Source: Patescibacteria group bacterium
GTDB taxonomy: Bacteria > Patescibacteriota > Dojkabacteria > J137
Length of the DNA stretch: 64,000 nt
Assembly: GCA_963169855.1 (NCBI GenBank)
Contig: CAUJCN010000001.1
Coordinates: 81,828 to 145,827, forward strand
Direction of reading: 5' to 3'
Under the pieces are notes generated by a model. That model did no database searches and was not told the origin of the DNA. It saw nothing but the letters and a program-made list of their open reading frames with translations. Each line of letters begins with the position of its first letter. Positions within the stretch are counted from its first letter, which is position 1. A program made the translations under genes and the position numbers. Positions 37,964 through 47,642 of the stretch are shown piece by piece.

Positions 37964-38117
37964 ATCAATAAAAGATCAAAAATAATAAAGACGCAAAGGC
38001 TAAAGATCGAAACTGACAGACATTTGAAGCCACACTTTATTTTTCGTCTTTTATCTTCTATTTTTAGCGTCTTTCCTTATGAATAATACCAGAAAAATGT
38101 TAAAATTTCTCGATTAG

Positions 38118-38456
38118 ATGGGGATTATCGTGCTTAAAAAGAAGTTCAGATTAAAAACAGAAGATATAAAACTAGTAGCTTTCAAAGGAAAGAAGTTTTC
38201 TAGCGAATTGTTCGATATTAGAGTTTGGAATAGCACAGAGCTAAAAACACCGGTTATGGCTGTCTCAATATCTACAAAGATTTCTAAAAGATCCACAGTC
38301 AGAAATAGAATCAAAAGATTATTCAGAGAAGCTTTTAGAGTTTTGATCTCTGAAGGGAAATTGAAGCCAGCAAAATATTTAGTTATTGTTAGATCAGCTC
38401 AGCTTGAAGAAATGAAGAGTGGAGAAATAAAAAATTTAATTCTAAATACAATTTAG
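38118..38456 (+). CDS. rnpA: Ribonuclease P protein component
   Basis: 'KRSTVRNRIKRLFREAFR' matches the RnpA RNR motif region, and the size (112 aa) fits. No rpmH is found upstream. Confidence 0.7.
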   Translation: MGIIVLKKKFRLKTEDIKLVAFKGKKFSSELFDIRVWNSTELKTPVMAVSISTKISKRSTVRNRIKRLFREAFRVLISEGKLKPAKYLVIVRSAQLEEMKSGEIKNLILNTI

Positions 38457-38473
38457 ATAATCTGATTACTTCG

Positions 38474-39502
38474 ATGAAAAATGAATATTTTCAAAATACA
38501 AAAGAAAAATACACAAATAGGAGAATAATTCTCGCACTTGCCGGATTACTTGGATTAATTAACCAGTTACAAAGTAAAAATACTGTACTGGCTGCTTCTA
38601 AAGAAGACGATATGTGCGTTATTACGGATACAGGCGTAAATATTAGATCAGGCAGTTCCACCAGTCATAACATAAGAGGACAATTAGATCGTAATTCTGT
38701 AGGGACGCTTGTTAATGAAGCTAGTGGGGATAACTGGCACGAAATCGAAAACAACGGTATTACTGGATTTGTTTCTCCAGATTTCACAGAAGTTGGGTTA
38801 TGTGGAGATTTTATTGTAAAAAAAATGAACGAAAACCCAGATTTAGTTTACTTGGAAAGTAGAACCGTTGGCAATTTTAAGATTTTTGGAACCACAGATT
38901 ATCTTACTGACCAACAGATTATTAGACTTTCTGAACTAATAAAGTACTATACAATAAATTTACCTAAAAAGATTTTTCTAGAGGAAAGACCAATTATTTT
39001 TGTTTTTGCAAACAAGAATGATATTGGACCTATAAGTGCATATAGGAGTGGGGATATTGCAGGTCTTGCATCCTATCTAACTTTTAATGGTACATTTCTA
39101 AGTTCAAGCAAGTTTGGATATGGTGGCGATAGGTATTTGGCAGCCATAGTTTTTAATAAAATTACTACACATGGAAATGGAGAAGTGGAGTACAATCCTA
39201 TAGGCACCTTAGCTCACGAAATGGCGCATGTTTATCATCAACCCCACGTAGATGAAGGCAATCCAGATTTTTCCGCAGACGAATTTGGGCTTTATACAAG
39301 AGTAGCGTTAAATGGCAGGTACGATGATTTCGTCGAAGCATGTGTTTATGGATTTGAGAACTCTTATAATTATCCGCCTACACAAGATTACCATAAAGAT
39401 TTTTGCTTCGATGTTGCCATGGTTATGACAACTCCAGAAACTCCTGTACTAGATATAGTAAATCGTCATGGTGAGTCGGGGTATGTGTACGATGAACATT
39501 AA
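38474..39502 (+). CDS. Secreted/anchored SH3b-domain protein with an HExxH zinc-metallopeptidase-like domain
   Basis: N-terminal signal anchor. 'GVNIRSGSSTSHNIRGQL...GDNWHEIENNGITGFV' is SH3b-like. 'LAHEMAHVYHQ' is an HExxH motif. Confidence 0.5.
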   Translation: MKNEYFQNTKEKYTNRRIILALAGLLGLINQLQSKNTVLAASKEDDMCVITDTGVNIRSGSSTSHNIRGQLDRNSVGTLVNEASGDNWHEIENNGITGFVSPDFTEVGLCGDFIVKKMNENPDLVYLESRTVGNFKIFGTTDYLTDQQIIRLSELIKYYTINLPKKIFLEERPIIFVFANKNDIGPISAYRSGDIAGLASYLTFNGTFLSSSKFGYGGDRYLAAIVFNKITTHGNGEVEYNPIGTLAHEMAHVYHQPHVDEGNPDFSADEFGLYTRVALNGRYDDFVEACVYGFENSYNYPPTQDYHKDFCFDVAMVMTTPETPVLDIVNRHGESGYVYDEH

Positions 39503-39505
39503 AAT

Positions 39506-42049
39506 TTATAAACTTTCTTCCTTCAATTTCTCAACTTCTTCCGCTAAGATTTCCATGTACAAGGCGTATCCAATTGAAGCAATATGACCACTTTGTTGTT
39601 CTCCAAGAATATTTCCTGCTCCTCGGATTTCTAGGTCTCTACTTGCGATTCTAAATCCCGCTCCTAAATCTTGATTCTCTATTAATGATTCTAGTCTTGC
39701 CACGTACGATTTCTTTTTTTTCTTATCCCGCACTTGATGCGGGATCTTTTCCATTTTATTCATATCTTGATCGTCTAGAGCGTCTCCCCACAATTCCTGA
39801 TCATCTTTGTTTAAATCCTTACCTTTGTAAATCAAGTAACAGTAACCTTGCTTTGTAGATCTTCCAACTCTTCCTCTCAACTGATAAAGTTGAGCTAATC
39901 CAAAGTTCTGGGCTTGGTTCACAACAATCGTATTCACATTTGGTAAATCTAAACCATTCTCAATAATTGTTGTTGCTATCAAAACGTCGTACTTCTTTTC
40001 GTAGAATTCAGTCATAATTCGATCAAGTTCTGCAGGAGCCATTTGTCCGTGAGCAAATGCAAATCTCACTCCAGGAAGTAGGTTTGAAAATTTCTGGTAT
40101 AGAGATTGAATTGTCTGAACAACGTTATGAATAAGAAAAACTTGTCCACCTCGTTCGATTTCTTTCATGATTGCCTGAGTTACCTTACTTACGCTTTCAT
40201 CTTTAACAAGTTCTGTAATCACAGACTTTCTTTGGTAAGGTGGAGTTGTGATAATCGAAATATCTTGAATAGAAGAGAGTGCCATTCCCAAAGTTCTTGG
40301 AATTGGTGTAGCACTTACGGATAACACATGAACTCCATAATTTAGTTGTTTAATCTTTTCTTTTTGCTTAACTCCAAATTTTTGTTCTTCGTCTACAACC
40401 ACTAATTGAAGATTTTTGAATTTAACATCCGAACTTAAAATTCTATGAGTACCTACAACAATATCAAGTTTCCCATCATTCAATTCATCGATGGTTTTAT
40501 TATTTTGAGTTGGACTATTAAATCTGGATAAGAATCCAATTTTGATTGGAAAGTTTTTAAATCTTTCTTTGAACACTTCGAAATGCTGAGCAGTTAAAAC
40601 CGTCGTTGGCGCCAGAACCGCTACCTGTCCACCATTTTCAACGATTTTGAAGCATGCTCTCATCATGACTTCTGTTTTTCCAAAACCAACATCTCCAACC
40701 AATAAACGATTCATTGGGACATCTTTTTCTAAATCTGCAATAATTTCGTTTGCAGATCTAGTCTGGTCTTCTGTATCCGTGAACTTGAAGTCGGCAACAA
40801 ATTTTCTGTACAAATCAGATTCGTCTGAAGAAATTGGTTTTGCCTTGGAAAGTTCTCTTTTTGCATAGTGTTCAACTAATTCCCTTGCCAAAAGTCCTGT
40901 AGATTTTTTAACTTTCTCTTTAACCTCTGCCCAACTTCGCTTTCCCATTCTACTAAGCTTTGGGGGATTTCCTTCCTGGCCAATGAACTTTGTAATTTTC
41001 TCGATCTGACTGATTGGAACTAGTAACTCATCTCCAGCATCGTATTGAAGAAACAAATACTCCATTTCCAGATCGCCAACTTTTTCTTGCTTTAAGCCAT
41101 TGTACAAAGCAATTCCGTAATCTTCGTGAACAACATAATCTCCAATTTCGATATTTCCTTCAAACTGTCTTAATAATTTCTGAATATTTCCATTAAACTT
41201 TTTTGTTCTTTCCGGTCTAGTTAAGAAAATCGTTCCGTAGATTTCTCTGTCAGTGAAGTAAGAAAACTTGAACCACTTTGATTCAAAACCTGCCGCTGGA
41301 AGTTTTTCAGTAATATTTTTGAAGAAACTTTCAATCCAGTAGTTTTTAGTCTCTGGAATCTCGACCTTAGGTTTCTTATAGCCTTCAGAATTAATTACAA
41401 CCTGATATCCGTTTCCTTTGAGTCTTTCGATTTCTTTATCGAACAAATCATTATTCGAATAAAATAGCTGAGGTAAAACAAAGTCAGTATTTAAGAATTC
41501 AACATTGGATAGTCCTGAAATTGCGGAAACTGTATAGATCACTTTTTTAAGCTCTGAGCCCTGAGTTGCGAGTAGAGAGTTCTCTATTTTCGGTTTCTGA
41601 TATTCGAATTTCGTGCTTCGATCTTGTATAGCTATATTTTCTACATCACTCTTATCTGCAAGCGGTGCGTATCCTAGAACTACTGAATTTACATCAACTA
41701 TTTTCTTTTTAAAAATGAAGTCTACTAGATATGCTTTTTCGACATCATCGCCAAAGAATTCTAATCTTACAGGATTTTTATACCCAACAGGCCAAAACGT
41801 AAAAACGTCTCCTTTTAATGAATACTCCAATCTTTCTGTAACTTCCTCAACTCTTTTAAATTTATAATCCGCAATATACTGAAGAACTTTCGAATATTTG
41901 ATATTTGATATCTGAATTTCTTCGGTCGAGGAAATGTAGTTAAAAACTTCTTGCGAGAAGTATGGTGATGAAATTATAAGATCTGCAGAATCACCGAAAA
42001 ATTCGGCAAGGTGGGGTAATGTTTTTATAATCGTGACTTTCGAGCCCAT
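39506..42049 (-). CDS. mfd: Transcription-repair coupling factor Mfd (short, 847 aa)
   Basis: 'GDYVVHEDYGIALYNGL' is the TRCF/CarD-like motif. 'RLLVGDVGFGKTEVMMRACF' is Walker A. 'DEEQKFGV' is motif II. The C-terminal helicase domain is followed by the TRG region. Confidence 0.8.
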   Translation of the reverse strand: MGSKVTIIKTLPHLAEFFGDSADLIISSPYFSQEVFNYISSTEEIQISNIKYSKVLQYIADYKFKRVEEVTERLEYSLKGDVFTFWPVGYKNPVRLEFFGDDVEKAYLVDFIFKKKIVDVNSVVLGYAPLADKSDVENIAIQDRSTKFEYQKPKIENSLLATQGSELKKVIYTVSAISGLSNVEFLNTDFVLPQLFYSNNDLFDKEIERLKGNGYQVVINSEGYKKPKVEIPETKNYWIESFFKNITEKLPAAGFESKWFKFSYFTDREIYGTIFLTRPERTKKFNGNIQKLLRQFEGNIEIGDYVVHEDYGIALYNGLKQEKVGDLEMEYLFLQYDAGDELLVPISQIEKITKFIGQEGNPPKLSRMGKRSWAEVKEKVKKSTGLLARELVEHYAKRELSKAKPISSDESDLYRKFVADFKFTDTEDQTRSANEIIADLEKDVPMNRLLVGDVGFGKTEVMMRACFKIVENGGQVAVLAPTTVLTAQHFEVFKERFKNFPIKIGFLSRFNSPTQNNKTIDELNDGKLDIVVGTHRILSSDVKFKNLQLVVVDEEQKFGVKQKEKIKQLNYGVHVLSVSATPIPRTLGMALSSIQDISIITTPPYQRKSVITELVKDESVSKVTQAIMKEIERGGQVFLIHNVVQTIQSLYQKFSNLLPGVRFAFAHGQMAPAELDRIMTEFYEKKYDVLIATTIIENGLDLPNVNTIVVNQAQNFGLAQLYQLRGRVGRSTKQGYCYLIYKGKDLNKDDQELWGDALDDQDMNKMEKIPHQVRDKKKKKSYVARLESLIENQDLGAGFRIASRDLEIRGAGNILGEQQSGHIASIGYALYMEILAEEVEKLKEESL

Positions 42050-42100
42050 GATTGAGCTTATATTTTAACACTTTTGGCTATATTATGAAACTATAGGATA

Positions 42101-42778
42101 TCAAGATTCTTCGTCTGTAGGGTTTTCAAGCTCGTGAATTCTTAAGTTTACCTGATCGAGGTGATTTTGAAGCGATTGAGGATTAAGAACAATATTTGAG
42201 TTTAGAATTCGATTGATTACTTTTCTAATTCTTTTTAAGTATTGAAGGATAGTTTTTACATCCGTCATACCTTCAATGTAAATGGTTCTTTCTTTCAATC
42301 TGTTTAAAAGCTTTCCTTTCTCAAAAAGATTAGAATTCACAGATGCGTATAAGTCATTAATAATTTGAATCATTTCTTGACTGACATCTGGATTTTCAAT
42401 ATGTTTACCTTGTCGTGTCTTATTAAGTTCATCTGGAATAACATACGATAGTCTGAGCCTTATTCTATCTAAATCTTCCAGAAAAGAAGATACAGTATCC
42501 TCGCAGGGATTAAGCAATCCATTTGCGGAGGATATCAGCCTTGTCAAATTTCTAATTCCCTGACTGAGTAGGGCAGGCTTAGCAATAAGAATATCATCCG
42601 CAATATTCGTAAGAGATTCCAGAAACTCTGGCATCTTCGGATTCGGATTAGATCTAAGGCATTGCACTAAGTGCATTACCCGTTGATCTAGTTGTCCGCG
42701 AAGTTGGATAATGTTTACTCCTGAAAGTTCATCATTAGCCAGCATTTCGTAATTTGTAGCTTCTGGAAGTTCTGACAT
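42101..42778 (-). CDS. Hypothetical protein (225 aa)
   Basis: Intact ORF. Its start ATGA overlaps the upstream stop, indicating an operon. Confidence 0.45.
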   Translation of the reverse strand: MSELPEATNYEMLANDELSGVNIIQLRGQLDQRVMHLVQCLRSNPNPKMPEFLESLTNIADDILIAKPALLSQGIRNLTRLISSANGLLNPCEDTVSSFLEDLDRIRLRLSYVIPDELNKTRQGKHIENPDVSQEMIQIINDLYASVNSNLFEKGKLLNRLKERTIYIEGMTDVKTILQYLKRIRKVINRILNSNIVLNPQSLQNHLDQVNLRIHELENPTDEES

Positions 42779-43209
42779 TACGCTTCTTCCGTAGATGGAG
42801 CTGTCTCAGCACCGAAAACTCCTTCAGCGTAAGACATTTCAAAAGAAGAAGTAAACCCAGCTTCTATAAGTCTATCTATAAATGTTTCTAATACTAGAGC
42901 AAAATCTTCAGAGAATCCTTTGATTATTCCAAACCCTTCTTCATCGGTAAAGAATCCTATTTTGCCCGGTAAAGCTTCTTTCAAAGCAGTTGCTAAATCA
43001 ATAGGATTATTTGTTGATGATAGGATGGTTTCGAATTCTCTTTTAACACTTTCTGCATAGTTCGCTGCTGTATTGAGTTCTTTTCCTGCCTGCAGTTCTG
43101 CATTTGCAAGCGTCTCTTCTACACTTGTCCAAAAATCGTTGAAAGCTACTACAATGTCCTCGTATGTCGGTAATTGTTGCTCGAATTCTGTATCTAATTG
43201 ATCTGTCAT
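42778..43209 (-). CDS. Hypothetical acidic protein (143 aa)
   Basis: Intact ORF with no motif. Confidence 0.45.
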   Translation of the reverse strand: MTDQLDTEFEQQLPTYEDIVVAFNDFWTSVEETLANAELQAGKELNTAANYAESVKREFETILSSTNNPIDLATALKEALPGKIGFFTDEEGFGIIKGFSEDFALVLETFIDRLIEAGFTSSFEMSYAEGVFGAETAPSTEEA

Positions 43210-43240
43210 AAATTAAAAATAATTAAATAAAATTTTTGTA

Positions 43241-44152
43241 TTACGATTCTACTACTTCGACACCCAAAACTTGAAGTGTTAATTCCAAATCTTTTGTATA
43301 CAAATCCAGCAGAGGGAGCAGATTAACTTTGTATACAGGGTTTGCTTCATTTCCTAATTTAGCAAACCCTCTTCTAATCTTCCTTTGGCTGCGCTGTAAG
43401 TTACTATGATCTTTCGCTTTATCCATAAGATTGTATAAGTCTCTGAGTATACTTTTATCGGAATGCGAGTTTAGTACATCAGGTATTACTCGAACTAGAG
43501 CGTCTATCTTTCTCTTCCAAAGAGAAACCATTTGTATAGTAGAATCTTTTGCATTTATTATTTCTATTTTATCTGACAAATCATTTACGTACTGTACTAA
43601 CCGTATCACTGAAGCTGAAACCGACCCCCTTCCATTTGCAGTTTTATCATATTGATACTTTCTTAGATTCCTTATTAAAATCTTTAGAGTATCTTCCAAC
43701 TTTCTGGTATCTTCTACACTTTCTAAAGTTATTAATCTTAGTTCTAATGATGATTTTAAAGAATACTCTTCATCTCCTTCGCTATCCTTAATAGAAAGAA
43801 TTGTGCTTCTAATTCCAAGATCCAAAACTTTTTTAGTTGTTTCTAAATCGAAAACTTGTTGTTCAGAAACTTCTGTCCTTTGAGACTTGAGTGTAACATC
43901 CAAATTAAATTGTTTTTTTCCACCCAAATCCTTATATCGTTTTTCTATATGAATTATTGCTCTTCTGCAGTATTCTGCTAGTTCCACATCTCCACATTCG
44001 GCACCAAATTCTCTAATGCCTATAATAAGATCTTCAACTGAATTTAATACATCGTCATGAACATAGCTTGAAGTAGTGCGAAGATCTATTAGAAGTGGGT
44101 CAACTAGCATGTCAAACTTTTCTTTAAGATCAACAGGGATCTTTAATTTCAA
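43241..44152 (-). CDS. Hypothetical protein (303 aa; the ORF-track start is a TTG, and the true start may be the internal 'MLVDPLL')
   Basis: Intact ORF with no motif. Confidence 0.45.
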   Translation of the reverse strand: MKLKIPVDLKEKFDMLVDPLLIDLRTTSSYVHDDVLNSVEDLIIGIREFGAECGDVELAEYCRRAIIHIEKRYKDLGGKKQFNLDVTLKSQRTEVSEQQVFDLETTKKVLDLGIRSTILSIKDSEGDEEYSLKSSLELRLITLESVEDTRKLEDTLKILIRNLRKYQYDKTANGRGSVSASVIRLVQYVNDLSDKIEIINAKDSTIQMVSLWKRKIDALVRVIPDVLNSHSDKSILRDLYNLMDKAKDHSNLQRSQRKIRRGFAKLGNEANPVYKVNLLPLLDLYTKDLELTLQVLGVEVVES

Positions 44153-44319
44153 CTCCTGAATTTTTCTAAAGCTTCTCTTACTCTTAGTTGCTTTGAATTA
44201 TCTGCTGCTCGTAAATCCGCATTTTGAAATAAAAGATACAAGATAACTGTTGCGATTCCAGATGCTGCACTAAGTAAAGTGAACGATCTTCGATCAAGTA
44301 GTAAATCTTTGTCCGGCAT
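44149..44319 (-). CDS. Small hypothetical membrane peptide (56 aa) with an RR-x-F motif preceding a TM helix
   Basis: Minus-strand reading 'MPDKDLLLDRRSFTLLSAASGIATVILYLLFQNADLRAADNSKQLRVREALEKFRS*'. The stop overlaps the TTG start of the downstream ORF. Confidence 0.3.
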   Translation of the reverse strand: MPDKDLLLDRRSFTLLSAASGIATVILYLLFQNADLRAADNSKQLRVREALEKFRS

Positions 44320-44337
44320 AGAAATTTATTAATATAA

Positions 44338-44799
44338 TTATTGTTCAGTTTGATTATTTAAATGCTCGAATTCTCCAGTAAAAGTTTTTCCTCGAAACCC
44401 ATTGCTTGCAAGAAATTTTGCTACAGTGTTATAGAATCCTGTCGAATAGTCTGAGACGTCTTCTCCACCGTCTTCGCTCAACACACCATTAAATCTAGCT
44501 CTACTTATGAAGCTTGATGCTAAGTGGTATAGTTTAACCGCAATTAGTAACTGTGCATCTTTTTCTGTAACTTTTTTAATCTCGTTCACATGTTCATCTG
44601 CTTCTCTTAATATCACCATCAGTTCTTCATACGCTGGATGACTCGAAAATTCATTTATGAATTCTAATGCCAGACCATTAAAATTTTCTGTTAGCTTCTC
44701 TAAATTTAATTCACTGATATCTGCAATAGTTTCTGCTCTTCCAAGTTTTCTTGCGAGCTTAGTTAAGGGATGAATAATTGCATTAGAAAGTCTTTGCAT
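44338..44799 (-). CDS. Hypothetical protein (154 aa from ATG 'MQRLSNAII')
   Basis: The ORF track extends to a TTG at 44874 inside the upstream 43-bp repeat. The ATG at 44799 is preferred. Confidence 0.45.
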   Translation of the reverse strand: MQRLSNAIIHPLTKLARKLGRAETIADISELNLEKLTENFNGLALEFINEFSSHPAYEELMVILREADEHVNEIKKVTEKDAQLLIAVKLYHLASSFISRARFNGVLSEDGGEDVSDYSTGFYNTVAKFLASNGFRGKTFTGEFEHLNNQTEQ

Positions 44800-44830
44800 T
44801 TTACAAAAGTAAAAGTTATTGAGGGAGTTA

Positions 44831-44873
44831 TAACATGTACTTTGATCGTTTTTCAATTGGCATGTTGAAAGCA
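44831..44873. repeat. 43-bp direct repeat, copy 1 (duplicated promoter-like element)
   Basis: taacatgtactttgatcgtttttcaattggcatgttgaaagca, identical to 44916..44958. It contains the palindromes ACATGT and CAATTG, and on the minus strand TTGAAA-N17-TTATAA. Confidence 0.8.
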
Positions 44874-44915
44874 AGTTCTATGCTTGTTTCCAGAGACTAT
44901 TTCAAGCTTTGCTTT

Positions 44916-44958
44916 TAACATGTACTTTGATCGTTTTTCAATTGGCATGTTGAAAGCA
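44916..44958. repeat. 43-bp direct repeat, copy 2
   Basis: Identical 43-mer 85 bp downstream of copy 1. The flanks diverge immediately. Confidence 0.8.
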
Positions 44959-44961
44959 TTG

Positions 44962-44990
44962 CTCCAAAAAGAATCCCGGCTTTCGCCGGG
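44962..44990 (-). terminator. Rho-independent terminator of typA
   Basis: GC-rich hairpin cccggc-tttc-gccggg. On the minus-strand RNA it is followed by AUUCUUUUUGG. Confidence 0.6.
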
Positions 44991-45025
44991 ACTAAAATCA
45001 ATTTTATCGAATTACTTATATACGA

Positions 45026-46927
45026 TTAACCAGCCCCCATTTGCTTCTTAGCAAAGTCAGTTAAGTTATCTCGTTTGCTCCAGTTTCTTTCATTCTTAGT
45101 TAAGTAAGCTTTTCTAAGTCTTAAGTTCTGTGGAGTAACTTCTAGAATCTCGTCTCCTCCGATAAATACTAAAGCGAATTCTAAAGTTAATGTCTTGATT
45201 GATTTCAAAGACGTCTGGGTAATTTCATCGTGCTTCATTCTAACTCCAGATTTTGCTCTTTCTTTAACTGGATTAACGTCCAAATCATCATCGTATTTGT
45301 TGATTCCTAAAATCATTCCTTCGTAAACGGCCGATCCAGGTTCAATAATCAATTCTCCTCTTTCTTGAATAGTATTTAAAGAATAACCCATTGCAGTTCC
45401 TGCATCAGTAGAAATCAAAACTCCCTTTCTGTACATTTCTGGTTGAACAGTATAAGGAACGTAACCCAACATAAAGCTGTTCATTACTAAGTTTCCTTTT
45501 GTAAGGTTAATTAGTACGTTTCTTAAACCTAATAAGTTTCTTGTTAAGATTTTGTATGTAAATCTAGTGTTCCCATTTTCGATTTCCATGTTCAAAAGTT
45601 CTCCTCTTCTTTCGGATAGAGTAGAAGTAACAGCTCCGTTGTAAGCTTCTGGAACATCAACAGTAAGTTCTTCCAAAGGTTCCATTTTCTTTCCATCTTC
45701 TTCGATCATTAGAACTTCTGGTCTTCTGATCTGGAATTCAAATCCTTCTCTTCTTAAAGTTTCAATCAGAATTGTTAACTGTAATTCTCCTCTTCCAGCA
45801 ACGTAATAAGCTCCTCCGTCTCCTTTTGTAATTTTTAGAGAAATGTTTGTTTCCGCTTCTTTATCCAGACGTTGTTGAAGTTGTTTAGCAGTAACAAATT
45901 TTCCTTCCTTTCCAACAAGTGGAGAAGTATTTGCTTCGAATTTAATCTGAACAGTTGGTTCTGAAATTTTGATCTTAGGTAAAGCTTCTGGTTTAGAAGA
46001 AATACATAGAGTTCCTCCGATAGCAGTTGAATCGATTCCAACAACAATTGCAATATCACCAGCTATGATTTCGTTTACAGGTACTAATGTTAAACCTTCT
46101 CTAGTATAAAGATTCTTAACTCTTCCAGATTCTTGTTTATCTCCATTTAACACAACTACAGAATCTCCAACTTTTACAGTTCCTCGTTTTACTTTTCCAA
46201 CTAACATTCTTCCCTGATAAGTATCGTATTCTAAAGATGAAATCAACATCTGTAGTGGTTCGGTTTTATTTCCAACTGGGTGTGGAACGTGAGCCACAAT
46301 TGCATCAAGCAAAGGTTGAATTGTTGCTTCTGGAGCTACAAAGTCATCGCTCATTCCTCGATCAAGCTCATCTTGAACTTCCTTTGGCATTTCCGCCCAA
46401 ACTTTTCCTTCTCTTGCAATTGCATAGAAAACTGGGAAATCAAGCTGAGATTCATCTGTAGCTAAGTTTAGGAATAAATCAGTTACTAAGTTTAATACTT
46501 TCTTAGGATTTGAGAATTTCTTATCAATCTTGTTAATAACAACAATTGGTTTTAATCCTAATTCAAAAGCCTTCTTTAAAACGAATTTTGTTTGAGGCAT
46601 TGGTCCTTCCTGAGCGTCTACTAATAGTAAACATCCATCTGCCATGTTTAAAGTTCTTTCAACTTCTCCTCCAAAATCTGCGTGGCCAGGTGTATCAACG
46701 ATGTTAATCTTATATTCTCCGTAATTAATAGAGATGTTTTTTGCTTTGATTGTGATACCTTTTTCTCTTTCTAAGTCTCCTGAGTCCAGAATCATTTGTT
46801 GATTCATTTCATCCTGATTGTCTCTAAAAATGTGACTCTGTTTTAAGAATCCATCAACAAGGGTAGTTTTACCGTGGTCTACGTGAGCGATAATTGCGAT
46901 ATTTCTTATTTTTGTCTGATCCTGCAT
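45026..46927 (-). CDS. typA: Translational GTPase TypA/BipA
   Basis: 'IRNIAIIAHVDHGKTTLVDGFL' G1 motif and 'DTPGHADFGGEVER' G3. The 633-aa length and overall architecture match BipA. Confidence 0.9.
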   Translation of the reverse strand: MQDQTKIRNIAIIAHVDHGKTTLVDGFLKQSHIFRDNQDEMNQQMILDSGDLEREKGITIKAKNISINYGEYKINIVDTPGHADFGGEVERTLNMADGCLLLVDAQEGPMPQTKFVLKKAFELGLKPIVVINKIDKKFSNPKKVLNLVTDLFLNLATDESQLDFPVFYAIAREGKVWAEMPKEVQDELDRGMSDDFVAPEATIQPLLDAIVAHVPHPVGNKTEPLQMLISSLEYDTYQGRMLVGKVKRGTVKVGDSVVVLNGDKQESGRVKNLYTREGLTLVPVNEIIAGDIAIVVGIDSTAIGGTLCISSKPEALPKIKISEPTVQIKFEANTSPLVGKEGKFVTAKQLQQRLDKEAETNISLKITKGDGGAYYVAGRGELQLTILIETLRREGFEFQIRRPEVLMIEEDGKKMEPLEELTVDVPEAYNGAVTSTLSERRGELLNMEIENGNTRFTYKILTRNLLGLRNVLINLTKGNLVMNSFMLGYVPYTVQPEMYRKGVLISTDAGTAMGYSLNTIQERGELIIEPGSAVYEGMILGINKYDDDLDVNPVKERAKSGVRMKHDEITQTSLKSIKTLTLEFALVFIGGDEILEVTPQNLRLRKAYLTKNERNWSKRDNLTDFAKKQMGAG

Positions 46928-47124
46928 AATAGTAATTCTAATTTCTAAGATTTGTGCTTAGCCAATATCACAAGCGTTTCCATGGATGAAGGCTGAGAAT
47001 TATATCAATAAATGATACCTTTTACTATCCTATAGTGAATATTTAAGCCAATTTCAGAGATTAGAAACAAAAGTGTTGCCGAGAGGCGGTGTCAGCTATG
47101 TAATAGAGTAGTTATCACATAATA

Positions 47125-47586
47125 ATGACAGAACAAGTCAAAGAACTCTCTCCAAATCAAGCTTTCCTATCGAGAATCGATGCTCAAATAACTTCAGAAA
47201 TGCTTAAAGTCCGACAAATTATGAGCATTACTGCTGAAGAAGATTTTAAGGATAGAATAGCCTTCAGATTGGCAAATCTAAAAAATCTAGAATCTCTTAA
47301 GAACTTTGCTCTAGCTTGTCCTGATGAATTCGATTCTAGCCTAACTAGAGTAAAATCAATCGTAAACGAAGCTATCGACGTTTCTGCAGATCTAACCTTC
47401 GAAGACCATAGACCAGAGGATGTTATTGAAGAGTACAGAGGTAAGATTGAAAAACTAATAGCTGAAGTGGACGTATCCATATCGAAGCAAATCGTAACAC
47501 TACTAAATATTTGTTTAAAAGAACGCGGAATTATGGGTACACAGGAAAGGGTAATTAGAAGATTTTTGAAGAATTACGATTTGTAG
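47125..47586 (+). CDS. Hypothetical protein (153 aa)
   Basis: Intact ORF, the first of five co-directional hypotheticals. Confidence 0.45.
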   Translation: MTEQVKELSPNQAFLSRIDAQITSEMLKVRQIMSITAEEDFKDRIAFRLANLKNLESLKNFALACPDEFDSSLTRVKSIVNEAIDVSADLTFEDHRPEDVIEEYRGKIEKLIAEVDVSISKQIVTLLNICLKERGIMGTQERVIRRFLKNYDL

Positions 47587-47642
47587 TTAAGCATTGCTCA
47601 TATTACATAACCACGATATAATTAGATAGTTACAAAAACACT

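Noticed and set aside
37964-38117. Search for rpmH (L34) upstream of rnpA.
   Set aside because: All three forward frames give only stop-interrupted short peptides. None is Arg/Lys-rich or L34-like.
38114-38314. 66-aa minus-strand ORF overlapping rnpA.
   Set aside because: It is antisense to a well-supported RnpA ORF, has low-complexity hydrophobic translation and is probably spurious.
44338-44874. ORF-track start (TTG at 44874) for the 178-aa protein.
   Set aside because: The extension runs into the 43-bp repeat/promoter-like element. An ATG at 44799 with a promoter-like TTGAAA-N17-TTATAA upstream is more plausible.
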